Positions 39,155 to 52,276 of a stretch of 64,000 nucleotides of DNA are shown piece by piece. The position numbers and the translations under genes are program-made. Source of the stretch: Octopus vulgaris. Its lineage: Eukaryota. Position 1 is the first letter of the stretch; each line of letters begins with the position of its first letter. Where the stretch lies: assembly GCA_951406725.2 (NCBI GenBank), contig OX597819.1, positions 89,466,001 to 89,530,000 of the forward strand, read 5' to 3'. Below the pieces are notes generated by a model. It was not told the DNA's origin. It ran no database searches and saw only the letters and a program-made list of their open reading frames with translations.

Positions 39155-42100
39155 ATGCAGATTGTACTGAAGGCTACTTTACTACTTCATTTCTTGCACA
39201 TGAATTCCGCCAAATGCGAGCTTTCTTTTCAGGTACACGAAGCTACTGTCCACCGTCCCAGGGTCTCTAGAGCCCATGCTTCCCACACCCTCAGGGTTGG
39301 CACCCTCAACGTTGGCACTCTGAAAGGTAGGTCTGGTGAGATAGTCGAGATGCTTGAACGGAGATGTGTGGATATATGTTGCATGCAAGAAATAAGGTGG
39401 AGAGGAGGATCAGCTAGGTTCCTCACAGGCAAGGAACGCAGGTACAAGATTTTCTGGGCAGGGAACACTGACGGGGTTGGTGGCGTGGTTATACTTATCG
39501 CTGAGAAATGGGTAGATAAAGTAATTGAGGTAATCAGAGTATGTGACAGAATACTTAAGATTAGATTAGTGCTTCATCATAGTTTAGCAACCATTATATC
39601 AGCCTATGCTCCTCAGTCGGGGCTACCCAATGGACAGAAAGACCGATTCTATGACACTCTACTGCAGACTACCTCGTTGACGAACGACAGAGACCTTATC
39701 TTTGTGGCTGGTGACTTCAATGGTCACGTTGGACGACATGCTGGGGGCTTCCATGGCGTACATGGAGGCTATGGCTATGGCTCCCGAAACGAGGAGGGAA
39801 CCAGGCTGCTGGAGTTCTGCGATGCAAATAATCTTATGATTTGCAACACTAACTTCAGGAAACCTACCAGCCACCTAGTCACTTACCGATCGGGCCAACA
39901 TACCAGCCAAATTGACTACATCCTTGCAAGGCAAAGGGAGAGATGGCTACTTATAAATGCCAAAACCTTCCCAGGTGAAGAATGTACCCCACAACATAGA
40001 CTGGTAGTTAGTGACTTTAGGATCAGGACTAGGAGGACAACCAGAAGACGACCAATATGGAGAAGAAGGATCTGGAAGCTTAAAGATCCTGCAAATGGAC
40101 AGAGATTTAGAGACATATTACTTGAAGCCTCTGACGAAGTAGAAGGGGATAGAGCATCACAGGGGGTAGAAGACAGCTGGACGTTTCTAAGGGACAACCT
40201 GCTGAGAGCCACTGACCAGATCTGTGGCTGGTGCAAAGTCCCCTCTCGACCTAGAATAACGTGGTGGTGGAACAATATTGTAGACAGGGCTATTAGAGAA
40301 AAGAGACAGGCTTGGAAGGTCTGGAAAAATGGGGGTAGCAGGGAATTGTATCAGACTGCCAAAAGAGAAGCTAAGAGACAGGTTTATTTAGCCAGAGGGG
40401 AAGCAGATAAGAAAAAATTTGCCAATGTTCTGCGCTGTGAGGACCAAAGACTGGAGGTGTTTCGCGTTGCAAGACAGTGTGTGAGAGAGAATCGTGATGT
40501 GGTAGGAGAGAAGTGTGTTCGCATGGAAGATGGCTCACTTGCGCTAAATGAGGATGCAAAGAGAGAGGCTTGGAGATGCCACTATGAAAGTTTGCTGAAT
40601 AAAGAAAATGAATGGGATAAAGAGAGTCTGCCGAATATTGACCCAACAGAGGGACCAGCTATCCGAGTTGATAGTTCCGTGGTAGCTAAGGCAATTAGAA
40701 GCATGAAGACAGGAAAAGCCCCAGGCCCATCAGGAATCACTGCAGAGATGCTCAAAATGTCTGGTAGTGTCGGCTATAGCCTAGTCACCCATATAGTTAA
40801 TCAGGTGATACACAAAGGAGTCATACCCAATGACTGGTGTAGCAGCATAATAGTCAACTGCTACAAAGGTAAAGGTGACGCCCTAGATACAAATAATTAC
40901 AGAGGTATCAAGCTGTTGGATCAGGTGATGAAGGTTACGGAGAGGGTCATAGCCCAACTAATTAGAGAGAGAGTTAGTTTAGATGAGATGCAGTTTGGGT
41001 TTGTGCCAGGGAAAAGTACTACTGATGCTATATTCCTGGTAAGGCAGCTGCAGGAGAAATACCTAGCCAAAGATAAGCCCCTGTACCTGGCTTTTGTTGA
41101 CATGGAGAAAGCCTTCGACAGGGTCCCCCGATCCCTTATCTGGTGGGCAATGAGGAAACTAGGGATAGATGAATGGTTAGTGAGAGCTGTGCGGGCCATG
41201 TATAGGGACGCTGCTAGTAGGGTGAGGGTTGGAAACAAGTACAGTGAAGAATTCCGGGTAGAGGTAGGGGTCCACCAAGGCTCAGTACTCAGCCCCCTCC
41301 TATTTATCATAGTCCTCCAGGCAATAACGGAGGAATTCAAGACAGGATGCCCTTGGGAGCTCCTCTATGCTGATGACCTTGCTCTAATTGCTGAGTCGCT
41401 ATCAGAACTGGAGGAGAAGTTTCAGGTGTGGAAACAAGGATTAGAATCGAAGGGCCTCAGAGTCAATCTAGCTAAAACCAAAGTCGTAATCAGTAGGAAG
41501 GTAGACTAATCACAAACGCCTTCAGGTAGATGGCCCTGCTCGATCTGTAGAAAAGGTGTAGGTAGAAACTCTATAAGATGCACCATGTGTAAGCTATGGA
41601 CACATAAGAGGTGCAGCAATGTCAAAGGAAGGCTAACTAGGAAGATGGTTTTTGTATGTGGCAGATGCTCAGGAACAATAAACACTGAAAATGCTCTGAG
41701 ACCAACTTCCGTCACTTTCCAGGGAGAAAAACTAGAAATAGTTGATAGTTTCCGTTACCTAGGTGACCAAGTCAGCAGCGGGGGCGGGTGTGCTGAAAGT
41801 GTAACTGCTAGAGTAAGAATAGCTTGGGCAAAGTTCAGAGAGCTCTTACCCCTGCTGGTGACAAAAGGCCTCTCGCACAGAGTGAAAGGCAGACTGTATG
41901 ATGCGTGTGTACGAACAGCCATGCTACATGGCAGTGAAACATGGGCCGTGACTGCTGAGGATATGCGTAAGCTCGCAAGAAATGAAGCCAGTATGCTCCG
42001 ATGTATGTGTAATGTCAGTGTTCATAATCGACAGAGTGTAAGTACCTTGAGAGAAAAGCTGGACCTAAGAAGCATCAGTTGTGGTGTGCAAGAGAGACGA

Positions 42101-42322
42101 TTACGCTGGTATGGTCATGTGGCGAGAATGGATGAAGATAGTTGTGTGAAAAAGTGCCACACCCTAGCTGTTGAGGGAACCTGTGGAAGAGGCAGACCCA
42201 GGAAAACCTGGGACGAGGTGGTGAAGCACGACCTTCGAACTTTAGGTCTCACTGAGGAAATGACTAGAGACCGAGTCCTCTGGAAGTGTGCTGTGCGCGA
42301 GAAGACCCGGCAGGACAAGTGA
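39155..42322 (+). pseudogene. RTE ORF: APE endonuclease + reverse transcriptase + PHD-like finger, one premature TAA at 41507-41509
   Basis: TLNVGTL, QEIRW, AYAP, GDFNGH, QIDYIL, QHRLV; KAPGPSG, QFGF, FVDMEKAFDRV, GVHQGSVLSPLLF, YADD, FRYLG. ORFs 39155-41509 and 41585-42322 share a frame. Confidence 0.96.
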
Positions 42323-42396
42323 GTCCATAACCCGTGGCCTTCTACTTGGGATGGAGCCAGCCTACGTATGCATACCTTCCCTTCTTGGGACACAAA

Positions 42397-42688
42397 ACTC
42401 TACTTGTGAAGACCTGTTGAGGCAAGTGAGGATCAGAATCGAAATCGATCAATGGAAATTGCAGATGAGTTACCAGTGCCGGTGGCATGTCGATACTCTA
42501 CTTGTGAAGACCTGTTGAGGCAAGTGAGGATCAGAAATGGAAATCGATCAATGGAAATTGCAGATGTGTTACCAGTGCCGGTGGCATGTCGAAACTCTAT
42601 TTGTGAAGACCCGTTGAGGCAAGTGAGGATCAGAATGGAAATCGATCAATGGAAATTGCAGATGTGTTACCAGTGCCGGTGGCATGTA
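42397..42688 (+). repeat. Three ~98-bp tandem repeats in the RTE 3'UTR
   Basis: ACTCTA.TTGTGAAGACC at 42397, 42495 and 42594. Confidence 0.92.
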
Positions 42689-43029
42689 AGAGAACCTTCC
42701 GTTTCGCGACCGTTGCCAGCACCGCCCCGTTTCGTGTCCGTTGCCAGCCTCGCCTGGCCCTTGTGCCGGTGGCACATAAAAAGCACCATCCGTTCGTGGC
42801 CGTTTGCCAGCTCTGTCTGGCACCTGTGCGGGTGGCACGTAAAAAGCACCCACTACACTCACGGAGTGGTTGGCGTTAGGAAGGGCATCCAGCCGTAGAA
42901 ACACTGCCAGATTTGACTGGGCCTGATGAAGCCTTCTGGCTTCACAGACCCCAGTAGAACCGTCCAACCCATGCTAGCATGGAAAACAGACGCTAAACGA
43001 TGATGATGATGATGATGATGATATATATA

Positions 43030-44145
43030 CTAGCATTAAAGACCCGTCGTTGCCGGGTCATAGTGCTAGTGCATGTATATATGTGTATATATATGTGTAC
43101 ATGTTACATGTACATCTATATATATATATACATCTACACATAAAATACAAATTACAAAGTTATATCTTGATATCGCTAGTGATAACAATACTTAAAATAT
43201 ATAACAGACTGGAATTGTTAGCCCGTCTCTGGTGGCGGGGGGGGGCATTTAAAATTTTTTCCGGGACGTCCTACGTCCCAGATATAAAGGTAAAAATAAA
43301 ATATTTCCACTTTGCAAGTTCGAGTCGAGTACTCCCTTGCACGCTCCGTTGACTCGAACCTTGCTTCTATTGTGGCGAATTTACTGCCTCTGATTAGATA
43401 CCTTTCATAGTCGCACCAAGACACTTTTCGAAGGTGCTTTCTTCCATGTGTTCAAATTTTCCTTTTTCTCTACATTGTATACGTTATAGACAATAGTCTT
43501 TTCTTTAATTTAATTTTTTATTATCCATCTGGACTATTCCATTTCTGCACGCTAATTTTATTTTTAATTTATTCCCATTCATGTAAAACCACTTATTCAA
43601 GTTCAAATCATTGATGCAATTTTATACCAATTGCTATTTTTACTTTTGTTATGTTACGATTATATTATACTTTAGTTTGATTTTAATTATTACTTACTAC
43701 ATATAATTCAATTGTTATTATTATTTTTATTGTTAAAGTGGAAGTATCTGACATAAAATAGAGAAACCTTTTTGTTTCACTTTTAACACGTAATACTGAA
43801 ATAGTGGAGAAGATATGATATTGCTATGGGCTCGCTCTAGGCAAGAAGTTGAACATTTTTTGCCCATGAAACTACATGGACCCTAAGTAAGGCATGTGTA
43901 AAATTTGAATGGAATTGGTTGTGTAGTTTTCAAGTTTTAGGGAATCGTAGTGGAGAAGATATGATATTGCTGTGGACTCGCCCTAGGCAAAAAGTTAAAA
44001 ACATTTTTTGCCGATGACACTCCCCGGACTCTATGTAAGGCATGTGTAAAATTTGAATGAAAGTGGTTGTGTAGTTCTCAAGTTTTAGGGAGACAGACAG
44101 ACAGACAGACAGACACACATTCTCAGTTTTTTATATATATAAAGA
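43030..44145 (-). mobile_element. Non-autonomous Helitron 3
   Basis: CTAG end with a GACCCG/CGGGTC hairpin; TC start; ~145-bp internal duplication at 43801-44090. Confidence 0.85.
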
Positions 44146-44387
44146 TATATATATATATATACACATATATCAACAAGTAGTGAGAGAACTTAACTTAGAT
44201 GGAAAGTGAAATACTTATTTTAAATTGAGTATAAGAAATACAGAAATGCCATTTACTTTGGTTTCAAGAAAGAATGAGGACCTATGTGGAGCTTCCCTAG
44301 CATGACATTAAAATCATCACAATCTGGTTGAAAAACAATGGCAGTGGGTAAAAAGAAATATAAATGGAACCAAAAAATTCCTTTTAT

Positions 44388-45255
44388 TCATCATCATCAT
44401 CTTCATCATCATTTAACGTCCATTGTCCATGCTGGCATGTGTTGGATGATTTGACCAGAGCTGGGGAGTTGCACCAGACTCCAATCTGATCTGGCATGGT
44501 TTCTATGGCTGGATGCTCTTCCTCACACCAACCACTCTACAGAATGTGTTAGGTACTTATACTTGGCACCACACAAGCGCTTTTATGTGTTGCTGCACAG
44601 GTGCTTTAACATGGCAATTCATAGGTGCTTTTTATGTGGCAGCACCATTAGTGCTTTACACTACCAGAGGGACTGGTTTTAACACTTCTGTTGTGGAGTA
44701 CAGGTCTTCTTGAGTACAGCAAGGTGCCAGACAGTTTGGTTCTTTGTCATCTCACTTGAAAAGTTCAGCATCCTGAAGTTGTTCTTCAGTATTACATCTC
44801 ATGTCTTCCTGGGTCTTCCATCTACTTTGAGAGATCAGCACTTCTTTATGTAGCTGTTCACATCACATGACCAAACCAATGCAGTCTTCTCTCTTACACA
44901 CAGCAACTAATTCCTCTTATGCCTAACTTCTCTCTCAAAACACTAGCACATTATCAAACATCTACACTTACATTACACATCCAGTGGGGCATACTAGCCT
45001 CATTCCTCTCTAACCTTCACATGTCCTCTACATTCAGAGCCTACATCTCACTATCATGTAGAATTGCTGTCCATATACATATATCATACTATCTTACTTT
45101 GACTCAGAGAAAGAAACCTTTCAAGGCCAACAATGGTTACAGCTCCCTGAATTTCCTCCATCCTATTCTTATTCTAGTTATCACACTCTCTGTGCATCCT
45201 CCCCCACTACTAATTTGGTCCCCTAGGTAGCAGAAATTATCTACTACCTCTAGTC
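44388..45255 (-). mobile_element. Old RTE LINE 3' fragment
   Basis: (CAT)n tail, 3'UTR and decayed C-terminal coding similarity to 41750-42322. Confidence 0.8.
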
Positions 45256-45689
45256 ATTAGGGTATTTGAGAGAATCAATTTTTCGAGTCTCTTAAGTTTT
45301 TATGGATCCTGTGGCCCAGGAGCCAAAGTTTGAACATTATTCAAATGCTCTTCTTATTTTATGCTTTGTATGTAATACAACAATATCCTGTCTAGGAACT
45401 CAAATTCCATACACAGCCGTTCATTGTGGATGAGAAAAGAAGTACCAACTGAAGGTCAGAATCATTAAGGCTATTGGAAAACTACAGGAGAAACAAAAAG
45501 AAATGAAATTGAAGAAACAGAAGAAAAAGCGAGTAAAAAGAGAGAGAAAAATAAGTAGAAAAGAAAGGAAAGAATCACATGGAACTTATGAGGTGTACTT
45601 CAGAGCAAGACGATTCCCTGGGGATAGTTTGGGGTCCTGAGATAGTACTTTCCAGTTGACCAGTAAATATGTCTCTCCATGTTGGAACA

Positions 45690-46750
45690 TCTGGTAAAAA
45701 TTTCATATATAGGATTGAGAAAGGTATTAGAGGTTTTTAGGTTTTGAAGAACTTGTGTCCTCTCTGTTAGCCAGAGTCTGCAATTTTTAGCTCTAAAAAT
45801 TATAGGGTGGAAGCAGTAAAGTCTTTTTGGCCATTTATATAGTCTTTTAGTTTTTCTAGCAATCTCTGTTTGTTGTCATAGTCAATCTTATAGTCTTTCA
45901 AAAATCATATATGACCTGCCAATATCATGGCTGTCCATTGTCTTCATGTCTGAAAGATGACATACGGTTATAAATTGGTCCTCCATCATATCTATACAAC
46001 ATTTGTATTCCTTATTTGGTTTGGTATGTTTGAGGTAGTCTCTTTCTCACATTCTACTGTTTTAATAGTGCATGCCTAGTCTAAAGGGCATTGAGATTTC
46101 TGCAGGAATATCCTGGGTCTCCATTTGGCATGTGCTTGAATTTTATTATGAATTTCATAGTGGACGTTCTGGAGTAGCTAATTTTGACTGTTTGTTGATT
46201 GAAAATCTTATAAGGGTATGTGCCAGGAAAAATTTATCAAGAGATTTCCTGAGTTTCGTAGCTTAATTAATTTTAACATTTAAGAAAGAGTTGTGAACCA
46301 ATAATTTTCCTCAGCCTATTCCTAGATCTTTTAGTTTGGATATAGAATATAAAAGAACTGTTCATTGAAGCCGTAATTTTGCAGAGACTTGTTATGGCGG
46401 GAGCTGCCTTGTCAAAGTGTCTGTGTAAGAGGGTAGATTAGAGATACCACGGCTTATATTGAAGGTGAGGTTTCTAAAAGTTATGGAGTAGAGGCAGGAA
46501 AGTCTGTTAGTATACCTTAGTTTTCTTCGTTTTATTTTTTCGCTGAGGTCTACTGATTTTTGGTCTGCTGAAGCATCTAAGAAATCTGTCTTAGTTAAAT
46601 TAGTATCCACAGTTACTTTGAAGCTAATGTTAAGTGTGGCTATTTAGGTACTTTTAGACAATAGCATAAATATGGCTTCCACAGTGATGTGACAATGCTA
46701 AGCTATCACGTGGTATAGACCAATGTTGTGCCTGTATTGTAAGAAGATCT
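45690..46750 (-). mobile_element. Heavily decayed Penelope-like element (RT C-terminus + GIY-YIG)
   Basis: DTNLTKTDFLDA, FRNLTFNISRGISNL, YKIFNQQTVKISYS and NCRLWLTE align by eye with the 58875-60218 protein. Confidence 0.75.
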
Positions 46751-47065
46751 AATAAGTTTAAAACGACTAGATCACACCCATTGATACTATTGCATGACCT
46801 CATCAGGATATAGAATAGGTCATCAGATATGTACTTTCACTTTTACCTAAACCAAACCACTACCAAATAGCATTGTCTTGCATATGTGCATAATCAGCTC
46901 TATTTATGATTCTTCAACTGTAATGAATTTGTGTGCAACATCTAAATCCTTTATACTGAGTTGGTATTTTGATATTCCTGAACTATGATATTACCTAGAT
47001 TGTTGTATCTGTTGTACCATAATTATAGGTTAATATTTTTCCTACTTTTAATATTAATAAACTGT

Positions 47066-47830
47066 AAGGCGGCGAGCTGGCAGAAACGTTAGCACGCCGG
47101 GTGAAATGCTTAGCAGTATTTCGTCTGCCACTACGTTCTGGGTTTAAATGCTGCCGAGGTCGACTTTGCCTTTCATCTTTTTGGGGTCGATAAATTAAGT
47201 ACCAGTTACACACTAGGGTCGATATAATCGACTTAATCCATTTGTCTGTCCTTGTTTGTCCTCTCTATGTTTAACCCCTTGTGGGTACTAAAGAAATAAG
47301 TATTTCGTCTGTCTTTACGTTCCGCTGAGGTCGACTTTGCCTTTCATCCTTTAGGGGTCGATAATTAAGTACCAGTTGCATACTGGGGTCAATCTAATCG
47401 ACTGCCTCCCTCCCCTAAAATTTTAGGCTTTGTGCCTAGAATAGCAAAGAATATTAATAAACCATTTTTTTAAACACAGTAAACTGGATTTGCATTAGCA
47501 TGCCAAATAAAATGCTTAGCGGCATTTCGTCCATCTTTATGTTCTGAGTCCAAATTTTGCTCAGGGTGATTTTTTGCCTTTCGTCCTTTCAAGGTCGATA
47601 AAATTAGTACCAGCTGAGCACCAATAATAAACCATTTTGTCCCCTTGTTTGTTTATAAGGCGATGAGCTGGCAGAATTGTTAGCACACTAGACAAAATGC
47701 TTAGCAGCATTTTACCTGTCTTTATGCACTGAGTTAAAATTCTACCGAAGTTGAGTACTGGGGTTGATGTAATTGACTTACCCCCTACCCCTAAGTTTCT
47801 GGCCTTTTGATCAAATTTGAAACCAATATC
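47066..47830 (+). mobile_element. Cluster of three SINE S2 copies
   Basis: Heads at ~47066, ~47495 and ~47657. Confidence 0.85.
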
Positions 47831-48220
47831 AATAAACCCTTTCACTTGAGCCCTTGGACTATTATAGCCATTTATCCAGTTTCCAAGGTGTATAAGCAGT
47901 CAAAATCACATCATTCCCCCTGAACGTCGCTAATAAAGTCGCTAATTTAATTACTGTTGATTTCTTTGATGTTACTCTAGATTAACCAAACTACTTTACG
48001 TATTCCTTTCAGGAAACCAGATCAAAAGCTTTCTTGCATCAAAGTAGAATCATGTTATCACTATCTGAGTTTTTTAAGAACCTTATCTAGAACATTAGGA
48101 AACGTATGTCAAATATGCCTACACATGCCTACAAAATTGAAGACACATGCTTAGGAAGGAAACAGCGTATATGCTCACTAGACAAATCGTGCAACTTTCT
48201 CATTAGGTAAATGGTAAATA

Positions 48221-48530
48221 GAGGCGCAATGGCCCGGTGGTTCGGGCAGCGGACTCGCGGTCGGAGAATCGCGGTTTTGATTCCCAGACCGGGCGTTGTG
48301 TGTGTTTATTGAGCGAAAATACCTAAAGCTCCACGAGGCTCCGGCAGGGGGTGGTGGCGAGCCCTATTTTACTCTTTCGCCCCAACTTTCTCTCACTCTT
48401 TCTTCCTGTTTCTTGAGTAACGTTGCGATGGACTGACATCTCGTCCAGCTGGGGCGAACACATACGCCATAGAAACCGGGAAACAGGGCCCTTGAGCCTG
48501 GCTAGGCTTGAAAAGGGCGCATAAAAATAT
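48221..48530 (+). mobile_element. SINE family S3 (tRNA-like head)
   Basis: GAGGCGCAATGGCCCGGTGGTT...GGTTTTGATTCCC A/B-box-like head; second partial copy at 53915-54035 (-). Confidence 0.8.
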
Positions 48531-49148
48531 TAAAAAAATGGTAAATAATAAACATGCTGGCGTGTGCTAGATTTTATCAAGCTTGAATTAAGTAGTTAAA
48601 GGCAGACCAACTATGAGGGTTAAAAAAGCAGTGTACATTTATATCTAGTATGTTCATGTACACTCGAACATGCTCCTTTTCAGAGGTGACTGTCTTGGAG
48701 GACAAGTTGTCCTTATAGACTCTGTGTGTGTGTGTGTGTGAAAACCCATCGAGCCAAGCTATGAATAACATCATCGGACTGTAAGACATATGAATTTGGG
48801 TGGTTACACTTTATCAGTTACAGATGTGTATCAGTGAGGGGACACACGCACACACACACGCGCGCGCACCCCCACACACATGCACACAAATATATGCTTA
48901 TACATACATACGTATATATACATAATATACATACGTACATATATATATTATGCATATGTACGTATATATGCATACATATATTCATATATACATATATATA
49001 TATAAATATACATTTGTACGTATTCATGTTTATCTGTGTGTTTGTATACACACGCACACACAACTGACAATGAACTAACAACACACATACACAAGGTGTA
49101 TGTGTGTTTGATTTTGTTTATATACCTAGACCTGCTTCAAATTAATAT

Positions 49149-49190
<42 letters not shown>

Positions 49191-49612
49191 TGTTTTTTTT
49201 ACCTTTTTTTACCATTTTTTACCATTTTTTATCCGTCTGCGAAAAGATCTCAGAATTTTAATTGATTTGCTTTCCGCAGGAAGGAAAGTTTCTTGTCGAA
49301 GATACGTCTCGCTTTTATCCTTCGAAACGTAGAGTAGATGAAACCGTAGCGACTGAAGAAGGGTTTTTTTCTTTGTGTTAATTGTCCTGTACTCTATTTT
49401 TTTGTTGTTTTTAAAAAAATGTCCAGTTCCTTTGATTTGTGTCTATGTTTTCGTTTCTCATTGTGTTCGACGTCCCTTTGGTGTCCTGTACTTATATATG
49501 CGTGTACATGTACATGTAGAGGTAGGTACGTACATATATGTTTATATATATGCATATGTTTTATTTCATTTATTAATATATATATATATAGTGTGTGTGT
49601 GTGCTTGTGTGT

Positions 49613-49948
49613 GAAGGCGCATGGCTCAGTGATTAGAGCGTCGAGCTTACGGTCGTGAGGTTGTGAGTTCGAATCCCGGACCAGGATTTTTTGTGTTTTT
49701 GAGCAAGACACTTTATTTCATGTTGTTACAGTTCACTCAGCTGTAGAAATGAGTTGCGACGTCACAGGTACCAAGCTGTATCGGCCTTTGCCTTTCCTTT
49801 GGATAACACTTGTAGCGTGGAGAGGGGAGGCCGGTATGCATGGGCGACTGCTGGTCTTCCATAAACAACGTTGCCCAGACTTGTGCCTGGGAGGGTAACA
49901 TTCTAGGTGCAATCCCATGGTCAGTCATGACCGAAGGTGATCTCAGCT
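49613..49948 (+). mobile_element. SINE family S4 (tRNA-like head)
   Basis: TGGCTCAGTG.TTAGAGC..GAGTTCGAATCCC..TTGAGCAAGACACTT; second copy at 60805. Confidence 0.85.
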
Positions 49949-50609
49949 CAGCGTACATACATACATACATTCATACATACATAAATATATACATACAAAA
50001 ATACATACATACATATATACGTACATGCATGCATGCAAATAATGCGTTTGGTACAGTGTATATACTGAGCCGTTATGAAAAGCTGTGAAAACTAAACGCA
50101 GATAATTTTCTACAAAATCACTTACAATAATAAAATCGTCATTAATAAACAACCAACAGCGGGCATGTAATCTTTCTGAGACAAATATGATTTATAAATT
50201 CGATTGCTAACGGGAAAGTCGTAAACTTTATAGCTGCTGCTTTTGCGTTTGTCATACTAGTATGACATTCGTCCGTTGATCCACCACGCATTTACTAGAA
50301 GAAGCAAATGGAATACAGAATATCACACACCATAAAAACAACACTAGATAGAAAAAGGCAATATATCTATGCTCTTCTAAATTCGCCATAAAACGAGACG
50401 ATTAATGATGGAGGTAATATTCATAATACAGCGCCGCTTTAAAAGTGATGTTACACCGATAATACGTACACTTAACGCTAGCCACAAAAATGAACACCTA
50501 ATTAATGATTTAATAACGCTAATAAACTTTATCACCAAGAGCAGATGAACAATGATAACCAAAACGAGAAGGTTTTAGTAAAATTATTTCGTTTCTCTAT
50601 TCAATGTTT

Positions 50610-51150
50610 TATCTTTTATCTTTTACTTGTTCAAGTCATTGGACTGCTGCCATACTGGAACACCGCTTTGAAGGGTCTAGTCCAGTAATGGGTTCACTTC
50701 TCGTCTCTCTCTCCTGGGACTTTCTAAATGGTACACCTTACAAAAAATTGCCTTGAAATTTTTTTAGCAGTGAGGCTCGCTTGATGATGAGTTATGTCAA
50801 ACGTGGCCCCCGTCTCGAAAAAGGTTGCCTATGCCTGCTTGATTCTTTTGCCGTACTTCTACGTTACGGAGAAGTAAACAAACCAACTCCGGTTGTCACG
50901 TGGTGGTGAGGTACAATCACAAACACAAAGACACACAGAATATACATAAATACATACATGTGTGTGTGCGTGCGCAGGCGCATACAAGAGGCTTCAGCAC
51001 AGGTCTTGTCTACCAATTTCACACACAAGGCATTAGTCGAACCGAGGTTATAGCCGAAGGCATTTATTCGATGTGCTGTGCAGTGGCACTGAACTCGAAA
51101 CCATGTGGTCGCAAAGCAAGCTTCTTAACCATACAGCCATGCTTGCCCCA
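50610..51150 (-). mobile_element. Diverged SINE S1 with an internal insertion
   Basis: Family similarity. Confidence 0.65.
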
Positions 51151-51257
51151 ATATCTGACAATGAATTCTTTTCATTTCTTTTTTTTTTTAGCTCTCTTCG
51201 ATTTTATTTTATTTTATTTTATTTTTGCCTGCAAAACACTTCATCTCACAAATTTTC

Positions 51258-51700
51258 GCGAGAGTGTGCTGAAAAGATCCTGGCTTTAAGGGTGTCATGA
51301 AAGGCCTGGTTCGAGGCCCAATTTCCTGAGTTCTTTTACAGGGCTTAGAAAAAAACCAAAGGACCGCTGCAAAAAGTGATTGAATCTGGAAGGGGAAATA
51401 TGTTGAATAAAATCATAATTAACTGATCCTCGTGTATTTTGTTTTACCCAAAGCCAGGAATTTTTCACCCCTCCCCCTCGTAATACATACATACATACAT
51501 ACATACGAGATAACTGAAAAATTCCTGGCTTTAAGAGTGTCGCGAATGGCCAGCTTGGAGGCACAACCTTCCAAGTTCTTTTACAGGGCTTAGAAAAACT
51601 GAAGGACAGCTGCAATAAGTGTGTGAATCTGAGAGGGGAATATGTTGAATAAAATCATTAACTGATCCTCCTGTATTTCAGGAACTTTTCAAGAGTCCCC
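51258..51700. mobile_element. Two tandem mariner-type MITEs
   Basis: TIR CGAG..GTGCTGAAAAG.TCCTGGCTTT / AAAGCCAGGAA.TTTTCA..CCCTCG; units 51258-51481 and 51506-51700. Confidence 0.75.
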
Positions 51701-52035
51701 GACCCACCCACGCCACCGTATATCCTCAACCAAACGGAACACGTCCACATGCACCTACCCTTATATATCCAAATGCATTACCTGTAAATAGAGTACCCTC
51801 CATCACTCGACTGACATACCCCAGGTCCTTCTGAGTTTATTTAATTTCCTAGAAATAAATCAAAATCTCTTTACAATTTCTCAGTTGGATGATTCACGGC
51901 CCGTGATTAAACAAATCGTTACTGTGAGGCATTTGAACCTTGAAATACAGTTTACTCTGCAATTGTAAAGTGTCACCACTTTTGACTTGTTTATGCGCAT
52001 ACTGGTATGTATGTAGATTATATATATATATATAT

Positions 52036-52218
52036 TGCATTTTTTTCCCTCTGTCCTCCCACCTCGGGATCTTTCTTTCTCCTATGTTTCCGACGAAGAG
52101 CTCCGCTCGAAACGTCATACCCTCCTTCTTTCCTTTTTTCCTGAGCGCCTAATAATACTTTAATTGTTCCACCTCTTTGCGTTGTTGTCTTTTTTGTTTT
52201 CTGTTTGGATTAACTTTA
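52036..52218 (+). mobile_element. Short HHR-bearing element family A in (TA)n
   Basis: Homolog of 3497-3717; TA tracts on both sides. Confidence 0.75.
52086..52120 (+). ncRNA. Minimal type I hammerhead motif, CCGA core variant
   Basis: GTTT-CCGACGA-A-GAGC-TCC-GCTC-GAAA-CG-TC-ATAC; palindromic ACGT stem III. Confidence 0.7.
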
Positions 52219-52276
52219 TATATATATATATGGCAAATAAAAGACGGCAGATAGAATATACGAGAATTTATTCCTA

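Larger units (their letters stand above)
37427..43021 (+). mobile_element. Near full-length RTE-clade LINE
   Basis: Single APE+RT ORF, ~700-bp 3'UTR, (GAT)n tail, TA tracts at both flanks. The 5' boundary assumes the tandem units belong to the element. Confidence 0.9.

Noticed and set aside
41507-41509. Programmed read-through or two-ORF organisation of the RTE
   Set aside because: The stop falls inside the RT domain and is TAA; a simple nonsense mutation is more parsimonious.
49190-49580. TA-flanked island with CCTTC-GAAA-CG-TA and a downstream CTGAAGA (possible type II HHR)
   Set aside because: No convincing stem I and stem II is out of register; at most a relic.
48221-49690. tRNA-like sequences at 48221 and 49613 (also 60805)
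   Set aside because: They are A/B-box heads continuing into SINE bodies with no complete cloverleaf; not tRNA genes.
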